From NCBI GenBank assembly GCA_948468315.1, contig CAOKHL010000001.1:34064-98063 (forward strand): 64,000 nucleotides of DNA. The letters run 5' to 3'. The notes beneath the pieces were generated by a model. That model did no database searches. It was not told the origin of the DNA and saw only the letters and a list, made by a program, of their open reading frames with translations. Positions 51,916 through 62,147 of the stretch are shown here, piece by piece. This DNA is from an uncultured Eubacteriales bacterium. Its GTDB lineage: Bacteria; Bacillota; Clostridia; TANB77; CAG-508. Position 1 is the first letter of the stretch, and each line of letters opens with the position of its first letter. The position numbers and the translations under genes are program-made.

Positions 51916-53679
51916 ATGATAAAATTATTAAAAAGTTTAGGCAAAAGAGAATGGTTTTTGGTAATAACATGTTTTGCTTTAATTATAGGGCAAGTATGGT
52001 TAGAACTAAAAATGCCAGATTATATGTCTGAAATAACAGTTTTAGTTCAAACAGAAGGAAGTCAAATGTCTGAAATTGTAAAAAATGGAGGATATATGTT
52101 ATTATGTGCTTTAGGAAGTTTAGTTTCAGCAGTTATTGTTGGATATATAGCATCAGGAATTTCAGCAACATTTTCAATGAAAATTAGGAAAAAGCTATTT
52201 AACAAAGTTGAAAATTTAGCAATGAGTGAAGTAAAAGGATTTTCAACAAGTAGTTTAATAACAAGAACAACAAATGACATAACTCAAATCCAAATGGTAA
52301 TAGCAATGGGGCTTCAACTTAGTATAAAATCACCAATAACAGCAATTTGGGCAATAACAAAAATATTAAATAAAAGTTGGCAATGGAGTGCATTAACAAG
52401 TGTAGGAGTAGTAATTTTATTATCTGTTATTATATCTTTAATGGCAATTGTAATGCCTAGATTTAAAATAGTACAAAAGTTAATAGACAAAGTAAATGGT
52501 GTAACAAGAGAAAATCTAACAGGAATTAAAGTTGTTAGAGCATTTAATGGAGAGAAATATCAAGAAGATAAATTTGAAGAAGTAAATGCAAAATTAACAA
52601 ATCAACAATTATTCAACCAAAAGGCATTTGCAGTACTTTCACCAACAATGTATTTAATAATGTATTTTTTAACACTTGGAATTTATTTTATAGGAGCATT
52701 TTTAATAAGAGATGCAGGAATGGCGGATAAAGTCGTACTATTTGGAGACATGGTAGTATTTAGTTCGTATGGTATGCAAGTAATAATGTCATTTTTAATG
52801 CTTGCAATGATATTTATGATGTGGCCACGTGCACAAGTATCAGCAAATCGTATAAATGAAGTATTAGAAACAGATATTACAATAAAAGATGGAACAATAA
52901 GCACAAAAACAAATAATGAGGTAGGAACAGTAGAATTTAAAGATGTATCATTTAAATATCCAGATGGAGAAGATTATATTTTAAAAGATATATCATTTAA
53001 AGCAAATAAAGGGGAAACAGTAGCATTTATAGGGGCTACGGGTTCTGGAAAATCAAGTTTAATTAATTTAATACCAAGACTTTATGATGTAACAGATGGA
53101 GAAGTTTTAGTAGATGGTATAAATGTAAAAGATTATACACAGGAATTTTTACACAATAAGATAGGGTATGTATCTCAAAAAGCAGTAATATTTAATGATA
53201 CTGTAAATGGTAATATTTCTTATGGAGAAAATGGAAAAGGAAATGTTACAGAAGAGAAAATAAAAGAAGCAATAGAAGTAGCGCAAGGAAAAGATTTTGT
53301 TGAAAAAATGGAAAAACAATATGAAACCCAAATGTCTCAAGGTGGTACAAATGTATCAGGAGGTCAAAAACAGAGACTTTCAATAGCAAGAGCAATAGCA
53401 AGAGACCCAGAAATATATATATTTGATGATAGTTTTTCAGCATTAGATTATAAAACAGATAGTATATTAAGAAAAGAATTAAAAAAATATACTAAAGATG
53501 CAACAACATTAATTGTAGCACAAAGAATAGGAACAATAATGAATGCAGATAAAATACTAGTCTTAGACGAAGGAAAAGTAGTAGGAATAGGAACACATAA
53601 AGAATTATTAAAAACATGTGAAGTATATAAACAAATAGCTATTTCACAATTATCAAAGGAGGAATTAGACAATGCCTAG
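51916..53679 (+). CDS. ABC exporter, TMD+NBD subunit A
   Basis: SSLITRTTND, GATGSGKS, SGGQKQRLSIAR and FDDSFSALD motifs. Confidence 0.93.
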   Translation: MIKLLKSLGKREWFLVITCFALIIGQVWLELKMPDYMSEITVLVQTEGSQMSEIVKNGGYMLLCALGSLVSAVIVGYIASGISATFSMKIRKKLFNKVENLAMSEVKGFSTSSLITRTTNDITQIQMVIAMGLQLSIKSPITAIWAITKILNKSWQWSALTSVGVVILLSVIISLMAIVMPRFKIVQKLIDKVNGVTRENLTGIKVVRAFNGEKYQEDKFEEVNAKLTNQQLFNQKAFAVLSPTMYLIMYFLTLGIYFIGAFLIRDAGMADKVVLFGDMVVFSSYGMQVIMSFLMLAMIFMMWPRAQVSANRINEVLETDITIKDGTISTKTNNEVGTVEFKDVSFKYPDGEDYILKDISFKANKGETVAFIGATGSGKSSLINLIPRLYDVTDGEVLVDGINVKDYTQEFLHNKIGYVSQKAVIFNDTVNGNISYGENGKGNVTEEKIKEAIEVAQGKDFVEKMEKQYETQMSQGGTNVSGGQKQRLSIARAIARDPEIYIFDDSFSALDYKTDSILRKELKKYTKDATTLIVAQRIGTIMNADKILVLDEGKVVGIGTHKELLKTCEVYKQIAISQLSKEELDNA

Positions 53680-55469
53680 AGGACCAATGGGAAGGGGAGG
53701 TAACCCAAGCGATAAAGCAAAAGACTTTAAAGGAGCAATGAAAAGACTTTTTTCAGAGCTAAAACCTTTTAAAATATTAATATGTATAGCTCTTGTCCTA
53801 TCAATATTAGGTTCAATAATGTCAATAATTGCTCCAAATCAATTATCAAATTTAACAGATACAATATCAGAAGGACTAATGGGTCCAATGAACATGGATG
53901 CTATCAAAAAAATAGCATTAATATTAGCTTCATTATATATATTAAGTGCATTATTTACATTTATAGAATCAATTTGTATGACAGATGTAGCAAATAAATT
54001 TGCAAAAAGTTTAAGAAGTAGAATATCTATAAAAATAAATAAATTACCATTAAGGTATTTTGATAAAAATTCTATAGGAGATACATTATCTAGAGTTACA
54101 AATGATGTAGATACTATTGCTCAAAGTATGAACCAATCAATAGCAACATTAGTAAGTAGTATAACTCTATTTTTAGGAACAATTTTAATGATGTTTGTAA
54201 CTAACTGGATAATGGCACTTACAGCAATATTTTCAAGTTTAATAGGATTTGTATTAATGTTTGTAATACTTGGCAAATCTCAAAAGTATTTCGTATCAAG
54301 ACAAGAAGAGCTTGGAAACTTAAATGGACATATAGAAGAAGTATATTCAGGATTAAATGTAGTAAAAGTATATAATGGTAAAAAACATGCTGATGAAAAA
54401 TTTGATGATTTAAACAAAAAAGTATATGAAGCAAATAGAAAAAGCCAATTTTTATCAGGACTTATGCGGGCCAATAATGAATTTTATAGGAAACTTTGGA
54501 TATGTTGCAGTATGTATAGTAGGAGCATTACTTACAATGAATGATATAATTTCATTTGGTGTAATAGTTGCATTTATTACATATGTAAGATTATTTACAT
54601 CTCCTTTATCACAGATAGCACAAGCAATGACATCACTTCAATCAACTGGAGCTGCAAGTGAGAGAGTATTTGAATTTTTAGATGAACAAGAAATGAGTGA
54701 TGAAAGTTCATTTGCCAAAAAGTTAGAAACCAAACAAGTAAAAGGAAATATTGAATTTGAAAATGTAGTATTTCAATATGATAATAATCCTAAACCAACA
54801 ATAAATAACTTTAGTGCAAAAGCAAAGTCAGGTCAAAAAATAGCGATAGTAGGACCAACAGGAGCTGGAAAAACAACTCTTGTAAATTTACTTATGAAAT
54901 TTTATGACATAAATTCAGGAGATATAAAAATAGATGGAGTTTCAATAAAAGAATTAACAAGAGAAAATATACATGATTTATTTACAATGGTTTTACAAGA
55001 TACATGGTTATTTGATGGGACAATTAGAGAAAACATAGTTTATAATAATGAAAATGTGACAGAAGAAAAATTAGAACAAATTTGTAAAACAGTTGGATTA
55101 GACCATTTTATAAAAACTTTGCCACATGGATTAGATACAGATATTTCAGATAATGATACAGTATCAGCAGGACAAAAACAATTACTTACAATAGCAAGAG
55201 GTATGACACAAGATACACCATTTTTAATATTAGATGAAGCAACTTCAAATGTAGATACAAGAACTGAAGAACTTGTACAAAAAGCTATGGATAAATTAAC
55301 AGAGGGGAAAACATCATTTATTATTGCACATAGATTATCTACAATTAAAAATGCAGATTTAATTTTAGTTGTAAATGATGGTAATATTATAGAACAAGGA
55401 AATCATGATGAGTTGATGGAAAAACAGGGATTTTATGCAGAGTTATATAATAGTCAGTTTGAGTTATAG
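53672..55469 (+). CDS. ABC exporter, TMD+NBD subunit B; +1 frameshift at in-frame CGG (54467-54469); 598 aa
   Basis: TMD ...SQFLSGLM-CGG; the +1 frame gives GPIMNFIGNFGYV... then GPTGAGKTT, SAGQKQLLTIAR and LDEATS. Joins ORFs 53672..54544 and 54426..55469. Confidence 0.88.
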
Positions 55470-55506
55470 GAGGAATAAGAGGTTTTGTTGTGATTTATGG
55501 ATGAGA

Positions 55507-55558
55507 GTGGGTAGCCCAAGTTCTAAATAATATAATTTAGAACTTGGGCTACTCTACT
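55507..55558. terminator. Long hairpin after the ABC operon
   Basis: gtagcccaagttctaaat / atttagaacttgggctac perfect inverted repeat. Confidence 0.6.
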
Positions 55559-55567
55559 AATGAAAAA

Positions 55568-55588
55568 TGTCGAATTTTGCGATGAAAA
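55568..55588 (+). promoter_or_regulatory. 21-bp motif with Spo0A-type box, copy 2, upstream of the pilus locus
   Basis: Identical to 35091-35111. Confidence 0.55.
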
Positions 55589-55746
55589 AATGAGAAAAAT
55601 TGTAAAAAATTCTTGCCAAGATAAAATTTTTATGTTAATATAGAAACATATTAAGATGAATTAATTCATATTTCAATTTTTTAGATAAAATTTAAAATTA
55701 AATCTATAATAGTTTTATAAAAGTCAAAAAATCTTAAAAACAAGGA

Positions 55747-57018
55747 GTGATTATTTCGAAAAAAGCAAAAAAAATAGCAATAATATTTTTATTAATTATA
55801 ACAATAACAATTTGTTCAAAATTTATTATTTTAAAATCAACACAAAAAATAAGTTTAAAATCAGAAAAAACTGTTACCTTAACACAACAAATTAATAATA
55901 TTTCTTATGTAGAAAGCAGTGACCAAAAACAAGTTCCAGTACCAAAAGGTTATACAGTATCAAAAATAAAAGAAGAAACATCTGTAAATGGTGGATTTGT
56001 TATATATGAAGGAGATGTTGACTGGAGTAACATAGAATTACTAGCTCAAAATGCAACAAATGTCTTAACAGATAATATAGAAAGCACTGAAAACAAACAA
56101 TTAGAAAAAGAAAAATTACACATACAATCAAAATATAATCAATATGTGTGGGTACCAATTGATGAACAAGAAGTAAAAAATATATATGGTATTGATAATA
56201 ATGGAAAATTATGGGGAAAACTTTATGAATATAATATAGAAGGAAGAACTCCAAAAGATTGGACAGAAAAGAATGGAAAAATAAGTGTCACAACACTCAA
56301 TAAGTATTTTGAACCAGGTCTAGGATATGGAGCAAATGCAGAAGTAATTGACGAAATAACATTAGATTTAAAGCTACACATGAATAGAGAAGAACTTACA
56401 AGAGAATTGGAACAAAGTTATTATGAAACAATAAAAAGTATAAAAAAATATGGAGGATTTTATATAGGTAGGTATGAAACAGGAATATTAGAAAATGAAG
56501 CAGTAATAAGAAGAATGAATGAAAATCTAACAGAACAGAATTGGGCTCAAATGTACCAAAAAGCAAAGAAAATAAAAGGAGAAAAAGACAATGTAAAAAC
56601 GTCAATGATATGGAATACACTATGGGATTATACAATAGAATGGCTTGTAAATACTGAAAGTAAATCATATGAAACAATTTGTCGTTCAGATTCTTGGGGA
56701 AATTATATGAATTCATCATTTAGTTATTATACAGACATTGAAGCAAATATAGATAAAAAAGAAAAAGGAAGTAGTAAATCAAAAGTAATACCTTCAGGAA
56801 GTGCTGATTATACAAAAGCCAATAATATTTATGATATGGCAGGAAATGTAAACGAATTAACACTTGGAGGTTATAGTCATTATTTTGTATTTAGAGGAGG
56901 ATGTTATAGTTCTTTATCAGAAAAAGAAAAATCATGTGCATACAGAAGTTATCAAAATATAAACAATGAAAGTGAAAAAGAAAAGACAGGAAGTAGAGCA
57001 ATACTTCTATTAAAATAA
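55747..57018 (+). CDS. Membrane-anchored FGE/CLec-fold protein, paralog of the pilin-like proteins
   Basis: VPVPKGY, NQYVWVP, KYGGFYIGRYE, NNIYDMAGNV and RGG...GSRAIL motifs; N-terminal TM helix, no prepilin motif. Confidence 0.8.
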   Translation: MIISKKAKKIAIIFLLIITITICSKFIILKSTQKISLKSEKTVTLTQQINNISYVESSDQKQVPVPKGYTVSKIKEETSVNGGFVIYEGDVDWSNIELLAQNATNVLTDNIESTENKQLEKEKLHIQSKYNQYVWVPIDEQEVKNIYGIDNNGKLWGKLYEYNIEGRTPKDWTEKNGKISVTTLNKYFEPGLGYGANAEVIDEITLDLKLHMNREELTRELEQSYYETIKSIKKYGGFYIGRYETGILENEAVIRRMNENLTEQNWAQMYQKAKKIKGEKDNVKTSMIWNTLWDYTIEWLVNTESKSYETICRSDSWGNYMNSSFSYYTDIEANIDKKEKGSSKSKVIPSGSADYTKANNIYDMAGNVNELTLGGYSHYFVFRGGCYSSLSEKEKSCAYRSYQNINNESEKEKTGSRAILLLK

Positions 57019-57087
57019 TGTAATAATTATAGAAAGGAGATTTTTAGTTAGTAATAAATAAAAAACTATACTAACCTAATCTAAAAA

Positions 57088-59610
57088 ATGAGTAAAAAAG
57101 TAAAAAATATAATATTAATAACAATAATATTTTCCGCAACAATTATTATTCAAGGAAATCTTGTAAAAAGTATATCAACAAATATAGAAAATGAACCAAT
57201 ATTTACTTTATATAAAGAAGATGGAGAAACATTTAATCCAATAGAAGGAACAAAGTTTGTAATAACAGATTTAGAAGGAAAAAATGTTATAGGAACAGAT
57301 GGAAAAGTTGTTGGAGATTTAGAAAATATAGAAGGAATAGACTATTATGTACTTACTACTGATAAAAAAGGGTATATAAAAGCAAATTTGCCCAAAGGAT
57401 TATATAAAGCTATAGAAATATATGCAAAAGAGGGATATATTTTAGAACAAGAAGAGAAAAATAGAACATATTATTTTGAAATTGGATTGCAAGACTTTGA
57501 TATAAATGATTGGATACAAGGTGTTAGAGGCTATTCATGGAATTATATAAATTCAAGTATTGGAAATAAAAAAGGCGGTATTATTGCAGTTGGTTCAATA
57601 TCTGAGTATGAACCTGAAGTCACAGGAGGATTTTATAATGGAATAGATTTAAATTCAGATGGAATAATTGATGAAATATCAGAAGGAGAAAATGATGGAA
57701 TAATTATTTCATATGACGAAAATGGGAATTATTTATGGTCAGAAACTTTTGGAGGAATTTATGATGATTGCTGTAAACAAATAATTCAAACAAAAGATGG
57801 AGGATATGTTGTAATAGGATATATATCAAGTCCAGTAATATATTTAAATGGAAAAATTATAACAGATTTGTCTAAATCAAATTATAATGTTGCAAATAAA
57901 GATGGTTTTATATTAAAAATTAATGAAAATGGAGAATATGAATGGGGAACAAGAATAGGTGGAACCTTAGATGATGAAATAGTGAAAGTCATGGAAGTGG
58001 ATGATGGGAATATCTACATTATAGGTAATTTTCAAAGTGATATGTTGAATTTATATGAATATAATTCGAATTATAAAGTTGTAAATAATCTAAAAAATAA
58101 AGGGGAAGTAAATTCTTTTATAGCTTCATATTCAGTAACAGGAAAACATAATTGGAGTAAAGGAATAACAGGAGATAATTATATTGATATATGTGATATA
58201 ACACAAGTAGAAAACAATATAGCAGTAGCAGTTAATTATAAGGGAACAGCAAATTTAGACCAAAATAAATGTAACTCAAGTTATTTACCAGATTATGAAA
58301 ATGCTATAATAATCAATTATTCCATGGAAGGTAGACTAAATTGGTTTTATGATATGTATTCTGCACAATCTAACATGTATTCAAATTATAAATATATAAG
58401 AGCTAATTCAATAACTAAAACCAAAAATAATGATTTAATTGTAGCAATTTCATATACAGATGTTGTAAAAGGAAGAGAAGATGAGACAAGTGAATATTCT
58501 ACAATTTGTAAAAGTGGAATTAATGGAATAGTTTCAAATTTAATAGTTTTATCAAGTAAAGGTAAATTTATAAAAGATCTTTATAAACTAAATTCACAAA
58601 TTCCAGGATATATGGAAAATTCAGTAATGGTTTTTAATGATGTGACATCTACATCTAATAATGAAATATTATTAGGAGGATATTATTATTCAAATAGAGA
58701 GATTGATGTTGATAAAGATGGTTCTTATCAAGAAAAATATGATTTTAAATGTTCAAGTGGATTAAGTTCAAATGGTTTTATTATTAAATTAGATTTAAAT
58801 GGAATTGTTAATTTCTCTGATTGTATGAATGGAAATAATGCAAAGGTATATGCATCAAGTCAAATTGTTAGTGTTAATGAAAGTAAAGATGGAAAAATAG
58901 TAGCAGGAGGAAATTTTTTCTGGAACACATTAACAACTAAAAATTTTTACAATAGACATTCGGGAAAAGATATGTCTAAAGAATATTATTTAACCAAAGT
59001 AGGAAATGTAGATGGTTTTGTTTTTTATGAGACTGAAAATGTAGAAATATTGAAACCAGAAAAAATTACTGTAAATAATTATAAGAAAAAATTTAATATA
59101 ACAACACAAGTAAACACACATGAAGAAACTGATGATAAAGGAAATCAAATACAAGTAAAAGGAGGAAAGATATCAGGAGAATATAACCAAATAATTAATG
59201 GAACCCAATACAATGAAGATGGAATTCATTATGTAGAAACAGTCAAATATGATGAAACATCTACAAAAGAAATAACAATTACACCAGAAAAAGGTTATAA
59301 GGTAGCAAAGATACTTTTAAATAATGAGGAATATAATGATTTTACAGTAGATGATAATGGTAATATAATTTTACCTGTATTTACAAATGTAAGAAATAAT
59401 ATTCATATAGAAGTAGAATTTTGTAAAATTATATTAAGTTTGTCAGAATTGCCACTTACAGGAAGCAAAAGCACAATAAAATTAGATTTAATTGCTGGGA
59501 TTTTCATATGTATAGGAATATACCTGATAAACTATGCAACCTACAATAAAGGTACTGTTAGACCTGAAAAAGTAAAAGTCACAATTAACAGAGAAAAAGG
59601 AGGAAAATGA
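57088..59610 (+). CDS. Sortase-anchored adhesin/ancillary pilin (SpaA-like domain, beta-propeller-like repeats, LPLTG)
   Basis: Signal peptide; GLYKAIEIYAKEGY E-box-like motif; W..T.GG..DD repeats; LPLTG + TM + basic tail. Confidence 0.8.
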   Translation: MSKKVKNIILITIIFSATIIIQGNLVKSISTNIENEPIFTLYKEDGETFNPIEGTKFVITDLEGKNVIGTDGKVVGDLENIEGIDYYVLTTDKKGYIKANLPKGLYKAIEIYAKEGYILEQEEKNRTYYFEIGLQDFDINDWIQGVRGYSWNYINSSIGNKKGGIIAVGSISEYEPEVTGGFYNGIDLNSDGIIDEISEGENDGIIISYDENGNYLWSETFGGIYDDCCKQIIQTKDGGYVVIGYISSPVIYLNGKIITDLSKSNYNVANKDGFILKINENGEYEWGTRIGGTLDDEIVKVMEVDDGNIYIIGNFQSDMLNLYEYNSNYKVVNNLKNKGEVNSFIASYSVTGKHNWSKGITGDNYIDICDITQVENNIAVAVNYKGTANLDQNKCNSSYLPDYENAIIINYSMEGRLNWFYDMYSAQSNMYSNYKYIRANSITKTKNNDLIVAISYTDVVKGREDETSEYSTICKSGINGIVSNLIVLSSKGKFIKDLYKLNSQIPGYMENSVMVFNDVTSTSNNEILLGGYYYSNREIDVDKDGSYQEKYDFKCSSGLSSNGFIIKLDLNGIVNFSDCMNGNNAKVYASSQIVSVNESKDGKIVAGGNFFWNTLTTKNFYNRHSGKDMSKEYYLTKVGNVDGFVFYETENVEILKPEKITVNNYKKKFNITTQVNTHEETDDKGNQIQVKGGKISGEYNQIINGTQYNEDGIHYVETVKYDETSTKEITITPEKGYKVAKILLNNEEYNDFTVDDNGNIILPVFTNVRNNIHIEVEFCKIILSLSELPLTGSKSTIKLDLIAGIFICIGIYLINYATYNKGTVRPEKVKVTINREKGGK

Positions 59611-61175
59611 ATAAGAAAAAAATTTTATCAATAGGTTTAATTTTAGTTTTTATTTTATCAATAATTAATTTAAATCAAATAAGTTATGCAAAAATTACAC
59701 AAACACAAGACAAAGGAAATATAAATGTTTCAAATATAGAAGAAGGAGTAAATGTTTATTTATATAAAATAGCAACAATGGAATATGATTATGTATCTAA
59801 CCAACCAAAAGAAGGTTATAATTGGGAAAGTACAATAAAAAATTGGATAGATACAAATTATCCAAGTTATTCAAATACAGAAAACTTTTATAAAGAAGTT
59901 GAAAGCAATTCAGAAGAAGCTAAAAGATTTTATGATGAATTAACATCAGCAATTAAAGATGGAGAAATAGATGTTTCTGTATATAAAGAAGCTAAATCTA
60001 AAGGTACTCCAAAATATCCTGTAACAACAGAAAATTTAAAAGGTAATGCTAAATTTTCAGAAGTAGATATGGGAACATATTTAGTAATAATTGAAAATGG
60101 ATATATGGTTTATACACCTTCAGTAGTAAATGTAATTCCAACCTTCAATGCAGAAACAAAAGATTGGATTTTAGAAGACAAAAATGTTGTAATAAAAGCA
60201 ACTAATCCATCAATAACAAAAACAATTACTGATGAAGAGAAAAAAGTTGATAATTTTAGTACAATAGATGAAATAACTTATACAATAAAGGCTGATATAC
60301 CAAAATATTTAGAAAATAGTTTGTCTAAAAAATATTATATAAGTGATATACTAGATAAATCATTAACTATAAATGAAGAAACTTTAACAATATATGGTTT
60401 AAAAACAGGAAATGAACCAGAATCAATATCTGGATATACAATAAGTTTTAATACTGAAAGACCTGATAGCTTAGATTTTGTAACTTTTTTAATAGATTTT
60501 GATTATAGCAAAATTAGTTCATATGAAACAATTAAAATTGTTTATAAAGCAAAATTAAGTCAAAATAGTGATCTAGTCTTGGGAACAGAAGGAAATAATA
60601 ATTATGCATATTTAAGTTATTCAAATAATCCATATTCTAGGACAAGTATTCAAACTCAAAGTACAGAGAAAATAACTGTATATACTTATGGATTAGAAAT
60701 AAAATCAGTAGACAAAGATGATACTAATACTCCTTTACCAGGAAGTGAATATTCTATATCTGATGAAGAAGGGAATGATTTATACTTTATAAAAGAAGCA
60801 GATGGAGAATATTATTTAGCAAAACAAGAAGACGAAGGAGCAACAACTAAATTAGCTGTTGACGAAAATGGTAATTTAAATATAAAAGGGTTAGATGAAG
60901 GAAATTATGTAATTAGACAAACAAAAGCTCCAGATGGATATAATATATCTTCTAAATCTTATGAAATAGAACTTATAGATAGTGATTTAGATGGAGAATT
61001 AGATGATGATTATAATTTATTATTTTATAATACAAAGGGATTTATATTACCTACAACAGGAGGTAGAGGAATAGTTGCTTTAGTATGTAGTGGAATAATA
61101 TTAATTGGCATAGGTATTTTACTTTTAGTATCTATAAATAAAAAGAAGAAGATTTTAAAAAATAAAAATATGTAA
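59607..61175 (+). CDS. Sortase-assembled pilus backbone pilin (LPTTG)
   Basis: YSNNP motif, QTKAPDGY E-box, LPTTG + TM + KKKK tail. Confidence 0.88.
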   Translation: MNKKKILSIGLILVFILSIINLNQISYAKITQTQDKGNINVSNIEEGVNVYLYKIATMEYDYVSNQPKEGYNWESTIKNWIDTNYPSYSNTENFYKEVESNSEEAKRFYDELTSAIKDGEIDVSVYKEAKSKGTPKYPVTTENLKGNAKFSEVDMGTYLVIIENGYMVYTPSVVNVIPTFNAETKDWILEDKNVVIKATNPSITKTITDEEKKVDNFSTIDEITYTIKADIPKYLENSLSKKYYISDILDKSLTINEETLTIYGLKTGNEPESISGYTISFNTERPDSLDFVTFLIDFDYSKISSYETIKIVYKAKLSQNSDLVLGTEGNNNYAYLSYSNNPYSRTSIQTQSTEKITVYTYGLEIKSVDKDDTNTPLPGSEYSISDEEGNDLYFIKEADGEYYLAKQEDEGATTKLAVDENGNLNIKGLDEGNYVIRQTKAPDGYNISSKSYEIELIDSDLDGELDDDYNLLFYNTKGFILPTTGGRGIVALVCSGIILIGIGILLLVSINKKKKILKNKNM

Positions 61176-61263
61176 AATATTTTTATTAAATTAAAGAAGA
61201 GTAGGTTGTATAGTTTATCAGATATAAAAGGTTTATAGATAAATCCTTAACAAAAATCTAAAT

Positions 61264-62130
61264 ATGTACAAAAAAGGTTTTATGTTGAATCAAAAATATT
61301 ATATTATTTCATTATTTTTTATAATTATAGGAACATCTATAATTTTATATCCAAAAGTAAGTAATTATTTAGAAAACAAGAATTATATTCAAATTATCAA
61401 AGAATACAAAGAAGATGTCTCTAATATGAACATGAATAATAAAGAAAAAGAATATGAAAATGCAAGAAAATATAATGAAAAAATATCCCAAGAAAAAATT
61501 GGTTATATTAATTATGAAAAAGATACTAATAAGTATGAAGAAATATTAAATATAGATGGTAATGGAATAATGGCATATATTGAAATTCCTAAAATATCAT
61601 GTTATTTACCAATATATCATGATACAAAAGATGAAATAATGAAAAAAGGAATAGGTCATCTAAAAAACACCTCATTACCTGTTGGAGGCAAGTCTAATCA
61701 TTCTGTTTTAACAGGACATACGGGACTTCTAAAAGCAGAGCTTTTTACTAGAATAAATGAATTAGAATTAAAAGATTATTTTTATATTTATACATTAGGA
61801 GAAAAATTAATTTACGAAATATATCAAATCAAAGTAGTATTACCAACAGAAGTCGAAGATTTACAAATTGTTGATGGAAAAGATTTAGTAACATTAGTTA
61901 CTTGTACACCTTATGGTATAAATACACATAGATTATTAGTTCAGGGGGAGAGAATTGAAACTTTTGAAAGTGAAAAAGAAGAAAAAAATTATGATATAAT
62001 AGAAGAAAAGAATAAAAATAGTAAAAATAACAATTATTATTTAATAGGAAGTATATGTAGTTTAATAATTCTTTTTTGTTGCATTTTATTTAATTACGTA
62101 GTAAAATACATAAAGAAATTAAGACAATAG
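61264..62130 (+). CDS. Class C (pilus) sortase
   Basis: GHLKNTSLPVGG, HSVLTGHTG and TLVTCTPYGINTHRLLV motifs. Confidence 0.95.
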   Translation: MYKKGFMLNQKYYIISLFFIIIGTSIILYPKVSNYLENKNYIQIIKEYKEDVSNMNMNNKEKEYENARKYNEKISQEKIGYINYEKDTNKYEEILNIDGNGIMAYIEIPKISCYLPIYHDTKDEIMKKGIGHLKNTSLPVGGKSNHSVLTGHTGLLKAELFTRINELELKDYFYIYTLGEKLIYEIYQIKVVLPTEVEDLQIVDGKDLVTLVTCTPYGINTHRLLVQGERIETFESEKEEKNYDIIEEKNKNSKNNNYYLIGSICSLIILFCCILFNYVVKYIKKLRQ

Positions 62131-62147
62131 AAAGGATGTATTTTATT

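Noticed and set aside
2365-55469. Calling spoIVA, RNHCP, dxs, yunB and the ABC subunit ordinary pseudogenes
   Set aside because: Each has a single lesion of identical type (C before GGN) and no other decay, so they are reported as candidate recoded CDSs. An artefact remains possible.
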